From positions 20,026,001 to 20,090,000 of the forward strand of contig NC_086108.1 of the NCBI RefSeq assembly GCF_963921235.1: DNA of 64,000 nt, read 5' to 3'. Both the position numbers and the translations under genes were made by a program. This stretch comes from Mobula hypostoma. Lineage: Eukaryota. Numbering within the stretch: the first letter of the stretch is position 1; each line of letters opens with the position of its first letter. Shown here one piece after another: positions 35,949-50,100 of this stretch. A model generated the notes under the pieces. It was given only the letters and a program-made list of their open reading frames with translations, was not told the origin of the DNA and did not search any database.

Positions 35949-37029
35949 ATCTAGAACCTCATTCTTAATAGAAATATTAATTCAGCTGTGTGCAAATTTC
36001 TTAAATAGTGTGTAATGCTTTGGTTCATTTTTTTTTACTGTTAGGATGCTGCTGCAAGCTGCTTGTTTGAGTTACTGTTGAAGATAAGAGATAGGAGAAT
36101 CGTGTGCCATCCAATTAGGATGGCCAGATTAAAGGGAGGTTTCTCTGGGGAGGGACACTAAGGTTGGGCTTGGGGCTTTTTGGTTCGAGGGATGAAGGAA
36201 GAAGACATCGGAGAGAAGAGGTCGTAGGACTCGACCCGGAGCGGGGCCATGATTTGACGAAGCCTAGGGTGAGATCGAAGGAGGATTGGCAATGGGGAAA
36301 CTGAGAGCTCCAACTTGTGCACATTAGACTGTTTCATTAAAATGGGCTTTTTAAAAAATTCTTTCTTTACTAACCCTTAGTCAAATTAAGAATTATAAAG
36401 CTTAATCTTTTAATTGTATGCGGTGTACTGTCTGATATTTCATGGTACTTATTTGTAACAGGGTAATGAATCATGCAGCATCCAGACAAACGGGGTTTTG
36501 GGATGGGCTTGCGCCTCAATCTCACAAGTTTGGCTGGGGTCAGAGATTGTCTTCCCTAGACTTGCGCAGCCGACCAAACCAGAGTGTTTCAAGTGTATAA
36601 TCCTTTCATGCTACGGTGATCTCTGTTAATGTTGGGGAAGTTTGAAATCCCTTACTACTACAACATTGCTGCTCTTGCATCTTTGATTTGTGAAGGTATT
36701 GTGAAATGATAGCTGTTCTGGTTGTGTTGCATCATTTTTTTTCCTGGTTCCTAGGTTTTGCTTAAATTTAAATAGATACCATAAGTAGTGTTTCTCTGTG
36801 GTCTCACAAGTGCTCTGAGTTGATGGGTACAAACACTGCTGTGTTTTTAAGTACAGATACCAGCTAGTCAAGTTGCCATATGGAATACAAAATTGAAATA
36901 GATCACCCCCAGTTTCTAGGTGTCTTGACTGAGAAAAGAATTGCAGGACCCTTGTGATAGAAGGAATTGTGCATTGTAATTGAATGCCTTATCACCTGCT
37001 GTCATTAACTGTTTCTTGTGTTTGTTCAG

Positions 37030-37096
37030 ACAGGGCCTCTTTATAATCCTAAGAGATTTTGATGGATTAACTCAAGTTGTTATACCACAGGAGGAG
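37030..37096 (+). CDS. DARS2: DARS2 exon 3
   Basis: ttcAG acceptor and GTacgt donor, 67 nt. Encodes (R)QGLFIILRDFDGLTQVVIPQEE, the anticodon-binding OB-fold F..LRD..G..Q motif. Confidence 0.96.
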
Positions 37097-37264
37097 GTAC
37101 GTAGATTTGGAGTTCAGCAAATTTTATGATTGTAATCACCACACCATCAGAATTATCTTCATTATAAATTTGAAGCAAATGAATTAGATCTTAAGGACAT
37201 ATTCTCAGCTGTATTTGTACTTTTAGAAAGATGGTAAAATTTTGATAATTCAAGTTATTAAGAA

Positions 37265-37495
37265 TACCTGGGCACCAAGGTAACACGGCATTGAGTTTGG
37301 AGTTCACTTCTGTAAGGAGTTTGTACATCCTCTCTGTGACCTCGTGGGTTTCCTCTGGGTGCTCTGGTTTCAAGTTCACAGTGCAAAGATGTACTAATGA
37401 TTAGGTTAGTTGGTCAATGTAAATTGTCCTGTGATTAGGCTAGTATTAAATAGGTGGGTTGCTGCGCAGCGTGGTTTGTTGGCCAGAAGGCTCAA
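37265..37495 (+). mobile_element. V-SINE-like SINE
   Basis: Core GTGGGTTTCCTCTGGGTGCTCTGGTTTC...TAAATTGTCC resembles the recalled V-SINE central domain. Confidence 0.6.
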
Positions 37496-37504
37496 CATTA
37501 TTAT

Positions 37505-38625
37505 CGGAATAATAAGATCTGCAGGTGCTGGAAATCCACAGCAACACACACAAAATGCCGAGACCCTTCTGCAGGACTGGAAAGGAAGGGGAAAGAAGCC
37601 CAAAAAAAGGTGGGGGAAAGGGAAGGGGTATGTCTAAAAGGAGATGGGTGAAGTCAGGTGAGAAGGATAGGAAAAGGCCTGGAGAGGAAAGAATCTGATG
37701 GGAGAGGAGAGTGGACCATAGGATAGAGAGAAGGAGAGGACCTGGGGTGGGGGTGGGCAGAGGTTGAATCGGCGCTGAGAGGCAGCTGAGAAGACTTAAG
37801 AGGCCTGAATGGGGAATCAAAGAAGAAAAGAAGGGGAGGGAATTTTTTTTTACTGGAAGAAGAACTCCATATTCATGCCACCGATTTGGAGGCTACCCAG
37901 ACCGAATATAAGGTGTCGCTCATCTACCCTGTGTATGGTCTCGTTGTGGCACAAGAGGAGCTCATGGACTGACATGACGGAATGGGAATTGGAATTAAAA
38001 TGCTTGGGTACTGGGAGATTATGCTTTTGGTAGATGGAGCAGAGGTGCTCATGAATTGGTCTCCCAATTTATGTAGCTCTCACCAGCTATGGTTGCACTA
38101 GGAGCACTGTACGTAATAGATGACCCAAGCAGGTTCAGTGTTGCCTCACCCGATATGACTGTTAGGGCCCTGAACAGAGGTGAGGGAGGAGGTGGATGGA
38201 CAACTATAGCACTTTGGCCAAATGCAGGATAAGTGTCAAGAGGGAGATTAGTGGGGAGGGACAAGTGGACGAGGGAATCATGGAGGAAGTGATCCCTGTG
38301 GAAAACAGAGAGAAGGGGGAGATAAAGGTACGTTTGGTGGTTGGATCCCTTTAGAGATGGCAGAAGTTGTGGAGAATAATGTGTTAGATGCGGAGGCTCA
38401 TATGGTGGTTGATATGATGTGAGCGTGGATGTCTGGGAAATAGAGGAGATGCGGGTGAAGGCATCGTCAATGGTGGGGGAAGGGAAACCCCGTTCTTTGA
38501 AGGAGGAGGATACTTCTATGTCCTGGAAAGGAAAGATGCACCCTGGGTGCGGATGTGACACAGACAAAGAAACTGAGAAAAGGAAATAGCATTTTTACAG
38601 GAGACTGGGTGGGAGGAGGCGTAGT
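37505..38625 (-). mobile_element. Older Penelope-like element fragment
   Basis: Minus-strand FKERGFPS motif and homology to the C-terminal region of the 58-59 kb Penelope element. Another related fragment lies at about 42205-42985. Confidence 0.75.
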
Positions 38626-38644
38626 TAAGATAGAGGAGCAGAAT

Positions 38645-41600
38645 TAAGCCATAGGACTATTGAACTTGCTCTGCCATTTCATCATGGCTGTTCCATTTTC
38701 CCTCTCTGTCCCAATCTCCTGTCTTCTCGCCGTATCCCTTCATGTCATGACTAATCAAGAATCTACCAACCTCTGCCTTAAATATACATAAACACTTGTC
38801 CTCCACAGCTGCCTGTGGCAATGAATTCCACAGCTTCAGTGCTCTCTGAATAAAGAAATTCCTCCTTTTCATTCTAAAACAACTCTCCTCTATTCAAAGT
38901 TTGAAGTACATTTATCATCAAAGAATGTATAGATTATACAACCTTGAAATTTGTTTCCTCATAAGTAGCCTTAAAGCAAGAAACCTGAAATAACACAATT
39001 TATAAAATAAAAATGGAAGTCCAACACCCGATACGCAAGAGAAAAAAAACGCAAATCATACGAACAATTGAAGCGAACTGCAACAATCTGAACCAAGAAT
39101 TGAGTCCTCAGAGCTGACCCCAAAGCCTTGTTTATCAGTTCATTATATTAGTGGGCATGGAACACAACAGCCAGGGCTGTCTTCATAGCCTCAGTGTCAT
39201 AGAGAGAGAGGAGTGACCATTGTGGAGAACGAACAAAATCAGCTCTCACCCGGGATCCCAGTACTCAGTCTTTTCAGTCTATCTGGGCCAGTGTTTAAAT
39301 TGACCAAACATTGGAACAGCGAGAGGCTCCGGTGCCCTGAAGAAAGGAGAGAACATCATGGAGGGCGAGCGAAATCGGCTCTCACCTCTGATCTGGGTTG
39401 GTGTTTAAATTGTCTAAACAGCATATGGACCCTGGCACTGCTGCTGCGAAAGGCTCCAGGCCTACACCACGCTGCCCATCAGCTCGCTTCAGATCCAGAT
39501 TTTGTTGCCCAGCCCAAAGCTGCTGTCAAGCTCTTCATTTCAGCTCACTGCCCAGAGCAATTTAACCTCGTACACAGGCCAGTTGTACAGGTACCAACTC
39601 TCCTCTGCCCAAGCCCCAGCTTCTCCTTTCGGCACCCAGAGTAATCCAACCTCACTCCTGGGCCAGCTGTATGTGCACTGGAACTCTTTATCTGCGATGA
39701 TTCTGCAACACACCTTCGCAGCTCATCCCCTGAACTCGCCTCGCCATCGCTCACTGTTTGCAGCCATAATTTAACACGATTTATCTCGGAGAAGGTACTT
39801 TTAGTGATGTTTTTAGTCAGATTTCTTAGCTGTTTGATTACCAAATAAGCTGTTGCACATATTACATAGTGCTATCTTAGCCAGAAGAGTCCTCTGGTCA
39901 GACTCTCCCACCACAGGAAACATTCTCTCTACAACCACTCTAATCAAGGCTTTTCATCATTTGATAGCTTTCAATTAGGTCACCCCTCATTCGTCTGAAT
40001 TCCAGTGAGTACAGGGCCAGAGCCATCAAACATATGACAAGCCTTTCCATCCCAGAATCATTTTTGTGAACTTCATTTGAACTCTCTCCAACGTCAGCAC
40101 ATACTTTCTTAGATAAGTGGCCCAAAGCCACTCATAGTACTCCAAGTGAGGCCTCACCAGTGCTTTATAAGGCCTCAGTATTACATTCTTGCTTTCACAT
40201 TCCAGTCCTCTTGAAATGAATACTAATAATGCACTTACCTTCCTCACCACCAACTCAATCTGCAAATTAACCTTTAGGGAATCCTTCACAAGGGCTCCCA
40301 AGTCCCTTTGCACTTCAGATTTCTGAATTTTCTCTCTGTTTAGGAAATAGTCTACCCTTTTACTTCTACCAATGTTCATGTCCATACTCTTCCCAACACT
40401 GTATTCCATCTGCCACTTCTTTTCCCGTTCTTTTAATCTCTCTCTACTCTCTACCTCTACTTCCTCTCTACTTCCTCAAAGGTACCTGCATCTCCACCTA
40501 CCTTTGTATAGTCTGCATACTTTGCAGCAAAGCCATCAATTCTGTCATCCAAGTCATGGACATATAATGTAAAAATAATCAGTCCCAACGCAGACCCCTG
40601 TGGAACACCACTAATCAATGGCAGCCAACCAGAAAAGGCTTCCTTCGTTCCCACTCTTTGCCTCCTGCTAATCAGCCACTGCTTTATCCATGCTAGAATC
40701 TTTGCTGTAATACGATGGACTCATAGCTTGTTAAGCAGCCTCGTGTGGCACCTTGTCAAAGGTCTTATGAAAGTCCAAGCCACCAATTCTCCTTTGTCTA
40801 TCCTGCTTGTTATTTCTTCAAAGAATTCCAACAGAGTAGTCAGGCAAAGTTTTCCCTTAAGGAAACTATGCTGGCTACAGCCTATTTTATCATGTGCCTC
40901 CAAGTACCCCGAAACTGTATCCTTAACAATCAACTCCAATATCTTCACAAACACTAAGGTCAGTCTAACTGACCTAAAATTTCCTTTCTTTTGCCTCTCT
41001 CCCTTCTTGAAGAATGGAATGACATTTGCAATTTTTTTCGGTCTTCCAGAACCATTCCAGAATCTAGCAATTCTTGGATGATCATTACTAATGCCTTCAC
41101 AATCTCTTCAGCCACCTCTTGAGAACCCTTGGGTGTACACCATTTGGTGCAGGTGACTTATCTACCTTCAGACTTACAGTTTCCCAAAAAGCCTTCTCCC
41201 TAGTAATAGCAACTTCACTCACTTCTGCCTGCTGACACTCTCAAACGTCCGGCATATTGCTAGCGTCTTCCACAGTGATGATTTATGCAATATAATTATT
41301 CAGTTTGTCGATCTGCCTCTCTACCAGAGGACTTTAGGTTCAGACCCAGGGAATAATTGTCAAACACAGTTTACTTAAAATTGCATACTGTTTATTAGCA
41401 AGATTGCGTCGCTCAGTATAACTACGGAGTCCCCGCACACAGAACCTGGGAAAATCTGCAACCCAAGTAAGCCCTGAGTACTGTCTGGGGTTGCTTGTTA
41501 AACATTTGTTATCGCATACATACTCTGATTGTTGCTAGGCATCTTGATACGGGTTACACAGAGCAGCAACAAGCACTTCTTTGTTCATTAGTTATCTTTG

Positions 41601-42205
41601 CAACATTATTAGCCAAGCTGCAAGTAAACCAGTTAGGTTTCAGCCTTTTTAATTCTGCATATAATTCCTCAAGTTCATCTGCTATTTCCTTATCCTCCAT
41701 TACTACCTCTCCAGCATCATTTTCAGGCGGTCCAGTATTCACTCTGGCCTGAAGAAACTTTTGGTATCCTCTTTAATATTATTGCCTAGCTTACTTTCAT
41801 ATCTACCTTTTCCTTCTTAATCACTTTTTTAGTTGCCGCTGTCAGTTTTTAATAGCTTCCCAGTCCTCTAACTTCCCAATAATTTTTGCTGTATTATATA
41901 CCTTTCTTTGGCTTTTATGTTGGTTTTGACTTCTCTTGTTAGCTATGGATGTGTCATCCTGCCTTTAGAATACTTCCTTCTTGGGATGTATATATCCTGC
42001 ACCTTCTGAATTGCTTCCAGAAATTCCAGTCATTGCTGGTCTGCTGTCATCCCCGCCAGTATCCTTTCCCAATCAATTTTGGCCAACTCCTTTCTCATGT
42101 CTCTGTAGTTCCCTTTACTCTACTGTAATACTGATACATCTGACTTTAGCTTCTCCTCAAATTTCACTGTGAATTCTATCATATCGTGATCACTTACCCC
42201 AAGGG
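38645..42205 (-). mobile_element. CR1 fragment interrupted by a ~1-kb non-autonomous element (~38895-39888)
   Basis: VRPHLEY, SGVPQGS, KYADY and CLTTLLEFFEE motifs. The insert has a LINE-like tail and a CTTCTGGCTAAGATAGC 5' end on the minus strand. Confidence 0.75.
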
Positions 42206-45200
42206 TTATTTTACAAGATAACCGTGGGAATTGGTAGGTGTATAAAAGACAACAGTCAGTAGTTTGTTTCCACAGCTGGAGACAAAGAGATCAAGAAAGT
42301 GGAGGGAGGTGTCAGAAGTGACTTGAGGGCAGGGTGGAAGTTGGAGGCAAAGTTGTAATAGCTCAGCATAGATGTATAAAGCAGCACCAGTGCAGTGGCC
42401 AGTGTAGCAGCAGAAGAGTTGGGGAGCATTACCGGGAAAGGGTTCGTACATGGAAGTTCTGCATGGCCAGCGAAAAAGCTAGCATAGCCCAGTGTGTGCC
42501 ATGGCTACCCCTTGAGTCTGGAGAAAGTGGGATGAGGAAAATAGCTGAGGGTGAGGACCAGTTCTGCGAGACAGAGGAGGGTGGTGGTGGAGGGAAACTG
42601 GCTGGTTCTTTTTTTGAGAAAGAAGCGGAGAGCTCTAAGGCCTTCCTGATGGGGGATAGAAGTGTGTAGGGAATGGACATCCATGGTGAAAATGAGGCAG
42701 TCTGGGCCAGGGAATTGTAAGTTATTGAGGAGATAGAGAGCATGAGAAGTGTCACAGATGTAGGTGAAAAGGGACTGAATTATGGAGGATAGAATGGGGT
42801 TGAGGTATGAGAATATGGGTTTAGTGGGGCAGGAGCAGGCAGAGACAATAGCCTACCTGGATAGTCGTGATTGTGGATCTTGGGTAGGGGGTAGGAGGTT
42901 GTAGTGAGCTGTGGAGGGTAAGGGAACTATGAGTTTGATGGCAGTAGATGGGAGTTCTCCAGAGTTGGAGGTCAGCAATTTTTGGGTAGGAGATAAATGA
43001 AGTGTTTTAATATTACTTGTCCTACTTGGGTGACAGTCAGAGGGGAGGAAGCAAAGGTGAGTAGACAGGTAGTGCAGAGCACCCTTGTAGCTATTTCCCT
43101 GAATAATAAGTATACCACCCTGGATACTCCTGGCAGGGACAACTGACCAGGGGTGAGCCACGGTGGCAGGGCCTCTGGCACTGAGTCTGACCCTGTGGTG
43201 CAGAAGGGTGGGTTGGAGAAGAGGAGAGCTGTCGTCATTGGGGACTCTATAGTCAGGGGAGCAGACAGGCGGTTTTGTGGACGTGAGAAGGACACCCGCA
43301 TGGTTTGTTGCCTCCTGGGTGCCAGGGTCCGGGATGTCTGTGACCGGGTGCACGACATCCTGGTACAAGAGGGAAAGCAACCAGAAGTCATGATACATGT
43401 TGGTACCAACAACAAAGGCAGGAAGAGGGATGAGGTCCTGAAGTGTGAGCTTCAGGAACGAGGCAGAAGGCTAAAGAACAGGACCTCAAGGGTGGGGTTC
43501 TCAGGATTGCTGCCAGTGCTACGTGACAGTGATGGTAAGAATTGGAGGAGATAGCAGTTGAATGCGTGGCTGAGGAGTTGGTGCAGGGGGCAGGGTTTTA
43601 GATTTTTGGATCATTGGAATCTCTCCTGGGGAAGGTGGGACCTGTACAGATTGGATGGGTTGCACCTGAACTTGAGGGGAAGCAGTATCCTTGCAGGTTG
43701 GTTCGCTAGCATGGTTCGGGAGGGTTTAAACTAATTTGCAAGGGGGATGGGACCCGGAGTGATAGAGCAGTGGAAGAAGTGCATGCAGTAAAGTCAGATC
43801 TAACATATAAAGAGGCTTTGAGGAAAGAGAAGCAGAATAAAGGGTGTAAAGGTAGTAAGGCAGAAGGGCTGGAGTGTGTGTACTTCAATGCAAGAAGCAT
43901 CAGGAACAAAGGTGATGAACTGAGAGCTTGGATACATACATGGAATTATGATGTAGTGGCCATTACAGAGACTTGGCTGGCACCAGGCAGGAATGGATTC
44001 TCAATATTCCTAGATTTCAGTGCTTTAAAAGGGATAGAGAGGAGGGCGAAAGGGGAGGAGGGGTGGCATTACTGGTCAGGGATACTATTACAGCTACAGA
44101 AAGGGTGGGTAATATAGCAGGATCCTCTTTTGAGTCAGTATGGGTGGAAGTCAGGAACTGGAAGGGAGCAGTTACTCTGTTGGGAGTATTCTATAGGCCC
44201 CCTGGTAGCAGCAGAGATACCGAGGAGCAGATTGGGAGGCAGATTTTGGGAAGGTACAAAAATAACAGGGTTGTTATCATGGGTGACTTTAACCTCCCTA
44301 AAATTGATTGGCACCTGATTAGTTCTAATGGTTTAGAAGGGGCAGAGTTTGTTAAGTGTGTCCAGTACGGATTCCTGTCACAGTATGTTGACAGGTGGAC
44401 TAGGGGTAATGCCATACTAGGTCTAGTATTAGGTAACAAACCGGGTCAGGTCACAGATCTCTCAGTGGGTGAGCATCTGGGGACAGTGACCACCGCTCTC
44501 TGGCCTTTAGCATTATCATGGAAAAGGATAGAATCAGAGAGGACAGGAAAATTTTTAATTGGGGAAGGGCAAGTTATGAGGTTATGAGGCTATAAGGCTA
44601 GAACTTGCGGGTGTGAATTGGGATGATGTTTTTGCAGGGAAATGTGCTATGGACATGTGGTCGATGTTTAGGGATCTCTTGCGGGATGTTAAGGATAAAT
44701 TTGTCCCGGTGAGGAAGATAAAGAATCGTAGGGTGAAGTAACCATGGGTGACAAGTGAGGTGGAAAATCTAGTCAGGTGGAAGAAGGCAGCATACATGAG
44801 GTTTAGGAAGCAAGGATCAGATGGGTCTATTGAGGAATATAGGGTAGCAAGAAAGGAACTTAAGAAGGGGCTGAGGAGAGCAAGAAGGGGGCATGAGAAG
44901 GCCTTGGTGAGTAGGGTAAAGGAAAACCTCAAAGCATTCTTCAATTATGTGAAGAACAAAAGGATGACAGGAGTGAAGGTAGGACCGATTAGCGATAAAG
45001 GTAGGAAGATGTGCCTGGAGGCTGTGGAAGTGAGTATCCTTAATGAATACTTCTCTTCGGTATTCACCAATGAGAGGGAACTTGATGATGGTGAGGACAA
45101 TATGAGTGAGGTTGATGTTCTGGAGCATGTTGATATTAAGGGAGACGAGATTTTGGAGTTGTTAAAATACATTAAGACGGATATGTCCCCAGGTCCTGAC

Positions 45201-45619
45201 GGAGTATTCCCCAGGCTGCACCATGAGGTGAGGGAAGAGATTGCTGAGCCTCTGGCTAAGATCTTTATGTCCTCGTTATCCATGGGAATAGTACCGGAGG
45301 ACTGGAAGGAGGCAAATGTTGTCCCCTTGTTCAAAAAAAGGTAGTAGGGATAGTCTGGGTAATTATAGACCAGTGAGCCTTATGTCTGTGGTGGTAAAGC
45401 TGTTGGAAAAGATTCTTAGAGATAGGATCTATGGGCATTTAGAGTATCATGGTCTGATCAGGGACAGTCAGCATGGCTTTGTGAAGGGCAGATCGTGTCT
45501 AACAAGCCTGATAGAGTTCTTTGAGGAGGTGACCAGGCATATAGATGAGGGTAGTGCAGTGGATGTGATCTACATGGGATTTTAGTAAGGCATTTGACAA
45601 GGTTCCACATGGTAGGCTT

Positions 45620-46690
45620 TCTTTCTTTCTTTTTCTTTTTCAATCTTTTTATTAATTTCATAAAATATAAACATAAGATAGCAATAATACAAATAGTTGG
45701 AGATACATTGTTGTACTTAAAATGAGTAATTATAAGACCAAATAGTATAAGTTGACAAAACTCCCATTTGTGTAGGATAACAATGAATGATACAGGACAA
45801 AAAAAAACTGGAGAAAAATCATGAAAAAGAAAAAAAAATAGAAAAAAAAAACCTCACCCCCAAAAAAACTAAACTAAACAGAATTAGTCAACTAAACTAA
45901 AAGACTTGGGCAATCCTAACAACGTAAAAATGGAAGAGAAGAAAAGCTTAGTGTCAACGACTCCATTCCTCTCAACCAACAGTACAGAGAAATAAGTTTG
46001 GAAATGGTCAAATTACATCATATGAAAATGCTGAATGAATGGCCTCCAGGTTTTTTCAAATTTAATGGCAGGGTCATAAACCACACTTCTAATTTTTTCC
46101 AAATTCAAACACAACATAGTTTATGAAAACCAGTGAAATACAGTAGGAGGGTTAATCTCTTTCCAATTCAGCAAAATGGATCTTCTAGCAATTTAAAGTA
46201 AGAAATGCAATCATCCGGCGTGCTGAAGAGGTTATATAATTTGAGTCTATCATTGGTAATCCAAAAATAGCAGTAATTGGATGAGGTTGTAAGTCTGTAT
46301 TCAAAACCGCCGGAATAATATCAAAAATATCTTTCCAATATTTTTCCAACAAAGGACATGACCAAAACATGTGAGTTAAAGAGGCTATCTCGAAATGACA
46401 TCTATCACATATTGGATTAATATAAGAATAATAACGAGATAGTTTATCTTCGGACATGTGAGCCCTGTGCACTACTTTAAACTGTATCAACACATGTAGG
46501 AATCAGCACATATAGAGGATGAATTAACCAATTGAAGAATTTTTTCCCATTTTTCAATCAGTATAATAATCTTAAGTTCTCTTTCCCAATCAGCTTTAAT
46601 TTTATTGGAAACATCAGGACATAAATTCATAATTATATTATAAATAATTGCTACAACACTTTACTGAGAGAGATTTAGATCTAAAATTTG
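45620..46690 (-). mobile_element. 5'-truncated L1 with a 10-bp TSD
   Basis: QFKVVHRAH...CDRCHFE..LTHMFWSC motif; TSD TGGTAGGCTT at 45610-45619 and 46691-46700. Confidence 0.9.
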
Positions 46691-47113
46691 TGGTAGGCTT
46701 ATTCAGAAGGTCAGAAGGCATGGGATCCAGGGAAATTTGGCCAGGTGGATCCAGAATTGGCTTGCCTGCAGAAAGCAGAGGGTTGTGGTGGAGGGAGTAC
46801 ATTCGGATTGGAAGGTTGTAACTAGTGGTGTCCTACAAGGATTGGTTCTGGGACCTCTACTTTTTGTGATTTTTATTAACGACCTGGATGAAGGGTGGGT
46901 TGGCAAGTTTGCAGACGACACAAAGGTTGGTGGTGTTGTGGATAGCGTAGAGGATTGTCGAAGATCGCAGAGAGAATTTGATAGGATGCAGAAGTGGCAG
47001 ATGGAGTTCAACCCGGAGCAGTGTGAGGTGGTACATTTTGGAAGGACAAACTCCAAGGCAGAGTACAAAGTAAATGGCAGGATACTTGGTAGTGTGGAGG
47101 AGCAGAGCGATCT

Positions 47114-50100
47114 CGGAGAAGGAAGTCTGAGAATCGGAGTGGGAGTGCAGACGAAGCCATTTTTGAATTTTTCATTTTTTTTTCATTGGCATTCAGAGAG
47201 GCAGGACTGCGCAGGCATGTGACGTCGGGCAGTAAAGCTCGGAAGATTTAAAAGGAACAGAGCCTTAAACAGCGGGCAGCGGAGTTTGCGGGCGGCAGAG
47301 TGAGCCGGGAGCAGAGTGAAGGCTTAAGGGCTTTGGCTCAACGGGCTTAGGTGGAAATGGGCGAGGTGAAGAGGGTTTGGTATTCATTTTTTGTTGTTAC
47401 TTGAGGAGAGGGGGAAGTATGAGTGTGAGGGCAGCATGTTGTTCTCGGTGCCGGATGTGGGAGGCTGTGGAGTCTTCCAGCCTCCCGGACGTCCACCTCT
47501 GTGCCAGGTGCGTCGAGATGCAGCTCCTAAGAGACCACATTAGGAAACTGGGGAGCTGCAGCTCGATGACCTTCGTCTGGTCAGGGAGAGTGAGGAGTTG
47601 ATAGAGAGGAGTTACAGGCAGGTGGTCACACCAGGGCCACGGGAGGCAGACAAGTGGGTCACTGTTAGGAAGAGGAAGGGGAAGAGTCAGGTAATAGAGA
47701 GTACCCCAGTGGCTGTGCCCCTTGACAATAGGTACTCCTGTTTGAGAACTGTTGGGGGGGACAGCTTACCTGGGGGAAGCAACAATGGCCGTGCCTCTGG
47801 CACAGAGTCTGGCCCTGTAACTCAGAAGGGTAGGGAAAGGAAGAGGAAGGCAGTAGTAATAGGGGACTCGATAGTAAGGGGGTCAGATAGGCGATTCTGT
47901 GGACGCAGTCCGGAGACCCAGATGGTAGTTTGCCTCCCTGGTGCCAGGGTCTGGGATATTTCTGATCACGTCCAAGATATCCTGAAGTGGGAGGGAGAGG
48001 AGCCAGAGGTCGTGGTACATATAGGTACCAATGACATAGTTAGGAAAAGGGGAGAGGTCCTGAAAGGAGAATCTCGGGAGTTAGGAAGGGAGTTGAGAAA
48101 AAGGACCGCAAAGGTAGTAATCTCAGGATTACTGCCTGTGTAACGCGACAGTGAGAGTAAGAATGCAATGAGGTGGAGGATAAATGTGTGGCTGAGAGAT
48201 TGGAGCAGAGGCAGGGACTCAAGTTTTTGGATAATTGGGACCTCTTTTGGCGCAGGTGTGACCTGTACAAAAAGGACAGGTTAGACTTGAATCCTAGGGG
48301 GACCAATATCCTGGCGGGGAGATTTGTGCAGGCTACTGAGGTGACTAGAATGGTTGGGGGGGTGGGAATCAAACTAAAGAGACTAGGAGAGAGGAGGTTA
48401 GTTCACAAATAGAGAAAGCTAGTAGACAGTGTGTGAGGGAGGATAGGCAGGGGACAGAGATCAGGAGCACTCAGACCAAAGATGTAGGGGACAAGGAAGA
48501 AAAAATAACAAAGTTGTTTGCTCCATTAAGGATAAAGAGAGAGTAAGAGGTGGAGAGTTTCTTTAATGCATCTATTTTAATGCTAGGAGCATTGTAAGAA
48601 AGGTGGATGAGCTTAGAGCATGGATTGATACCTGGAAATATGACGTTGTAGCTGTTAGTGAAACTAGGTTGCAGGAGGGGTGTGATTGGCAACTAAATAT
48701 TCTAGGATTTTGTTGCTTCAGGTGTGGTAGAATAGGAGGAGCAATAGGGGGAGGTGTTGCATTGCTTGTCAGAGAAAATATAACAGCGGTCCTCTGGCAG
48801 GATAGACTAGTGGACTCGTCCAGGGAGGCTATTTGGGTGGAATTGAGGAATAGGAAAGGTGTAGTGACGCTTATAGACCACCTAATGGGGACCGAGAACT
48901 GGAGGAGCAAATTTGTAAGGAGATAGCAGATATTTGTAGGAAGCACAAGGTTGTGATTGTGGGAGATTTTAATTTTCCACACTTTAATAGACTGGGAAGC
49001 CCATTCTGTTAAAGGGCTGGATGGTTTGGAGTTTGTCAAATGTGTGCAAGATAGTTTTTTGCAGCAATACATAGAGGTACCAACTAGAGAAGGGGCAGTG
49101 TTGGATCTCCTGTTAGGGAATGAGATAGGGCAGGTGACGGAGGTATGTGTTGGGGAGCACTTCCGGTCCAGTGAACACAATACCATTAGTTTCAGTATAA
49201 TTATGGAGAAGGATGGGACTGGACCCAGGGTTGAGATTTTTGATTGGAGAAAGGCTAACTTTGAGGAGACGCGAAAGGATTTAGAAGGAGTGGATTGGGA
49301 CAATTTGTTTTATGGGAAGAATGTAATAGAGAAATGGAGGTCATTTAAAGGTGAAATTTTGAGGGTACAGGATCTTTATGTTCCTGTTAGGTTGAAAGGA
49401 AAGGTTAAAAGTTTGAGAGAGCCATGGCTTTCAAGGGATATAGGAAACTTGGTTTGGAAAAAGAGAGGGATTTACAATAAATATAGGCAGCTTGGAGTTA
49501 ATGAGGTGCTCGAGGAATATAAAGAATGTAAAAAGAATCTTAAGAAAGAAATTAGAAAAGCTAAAAGGAGATACAAGGCAGCTTTAGCAAGTAAGGTGAA
49601 AGTAAATCCAAAGGGTTTCTACCATTATGTTAATAGCAAAAGGATAGTGAAGGATATAATTGGTCCCTTAGAGAATCAGAGTGGACGGCTATGTGCGGAG
49701 CCAAAAGAGATGGGGGAGATTTTGAACAATTTCTTTTCTTCGGTATTCACTAAGGAGAAGGATATTGAATTGTGTAAGGTAAAGGAAACAAGAAGGGTAG
49801 TTATGGAAAGTATGACGATTAAAGAAGAGGAAGTACTGGCGGTTTTAAGGAATATAAAAGTGGATAAGTCTCCGGGTCCGGACAAGATATTCCCTCGGAT
49901 CTTGAGGGAAGTTAGTGTGGAAATAGCAGGGGCACTGACAGAAATATTTCAAATGTCGTTAGAAACGGGGATGGTGCCGGAGGATTGACGTATTGCTCAT
50001 GTGGTTCCATTGTTTAAAAAGGGTTCTAAGCGTAAACCTAGCAATTATCGGCCTGTGAGTTTGACGTCAGTGGTGGGTAAATTGATGGAAAGTATTCTCT

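Noticed and set aside
36039..36591. Possible second solo LTR
   Set aside because: The composition is LTR-like with candidate TG...CA ends, but I found no convincing TSD, so the boundaries are unsupported.
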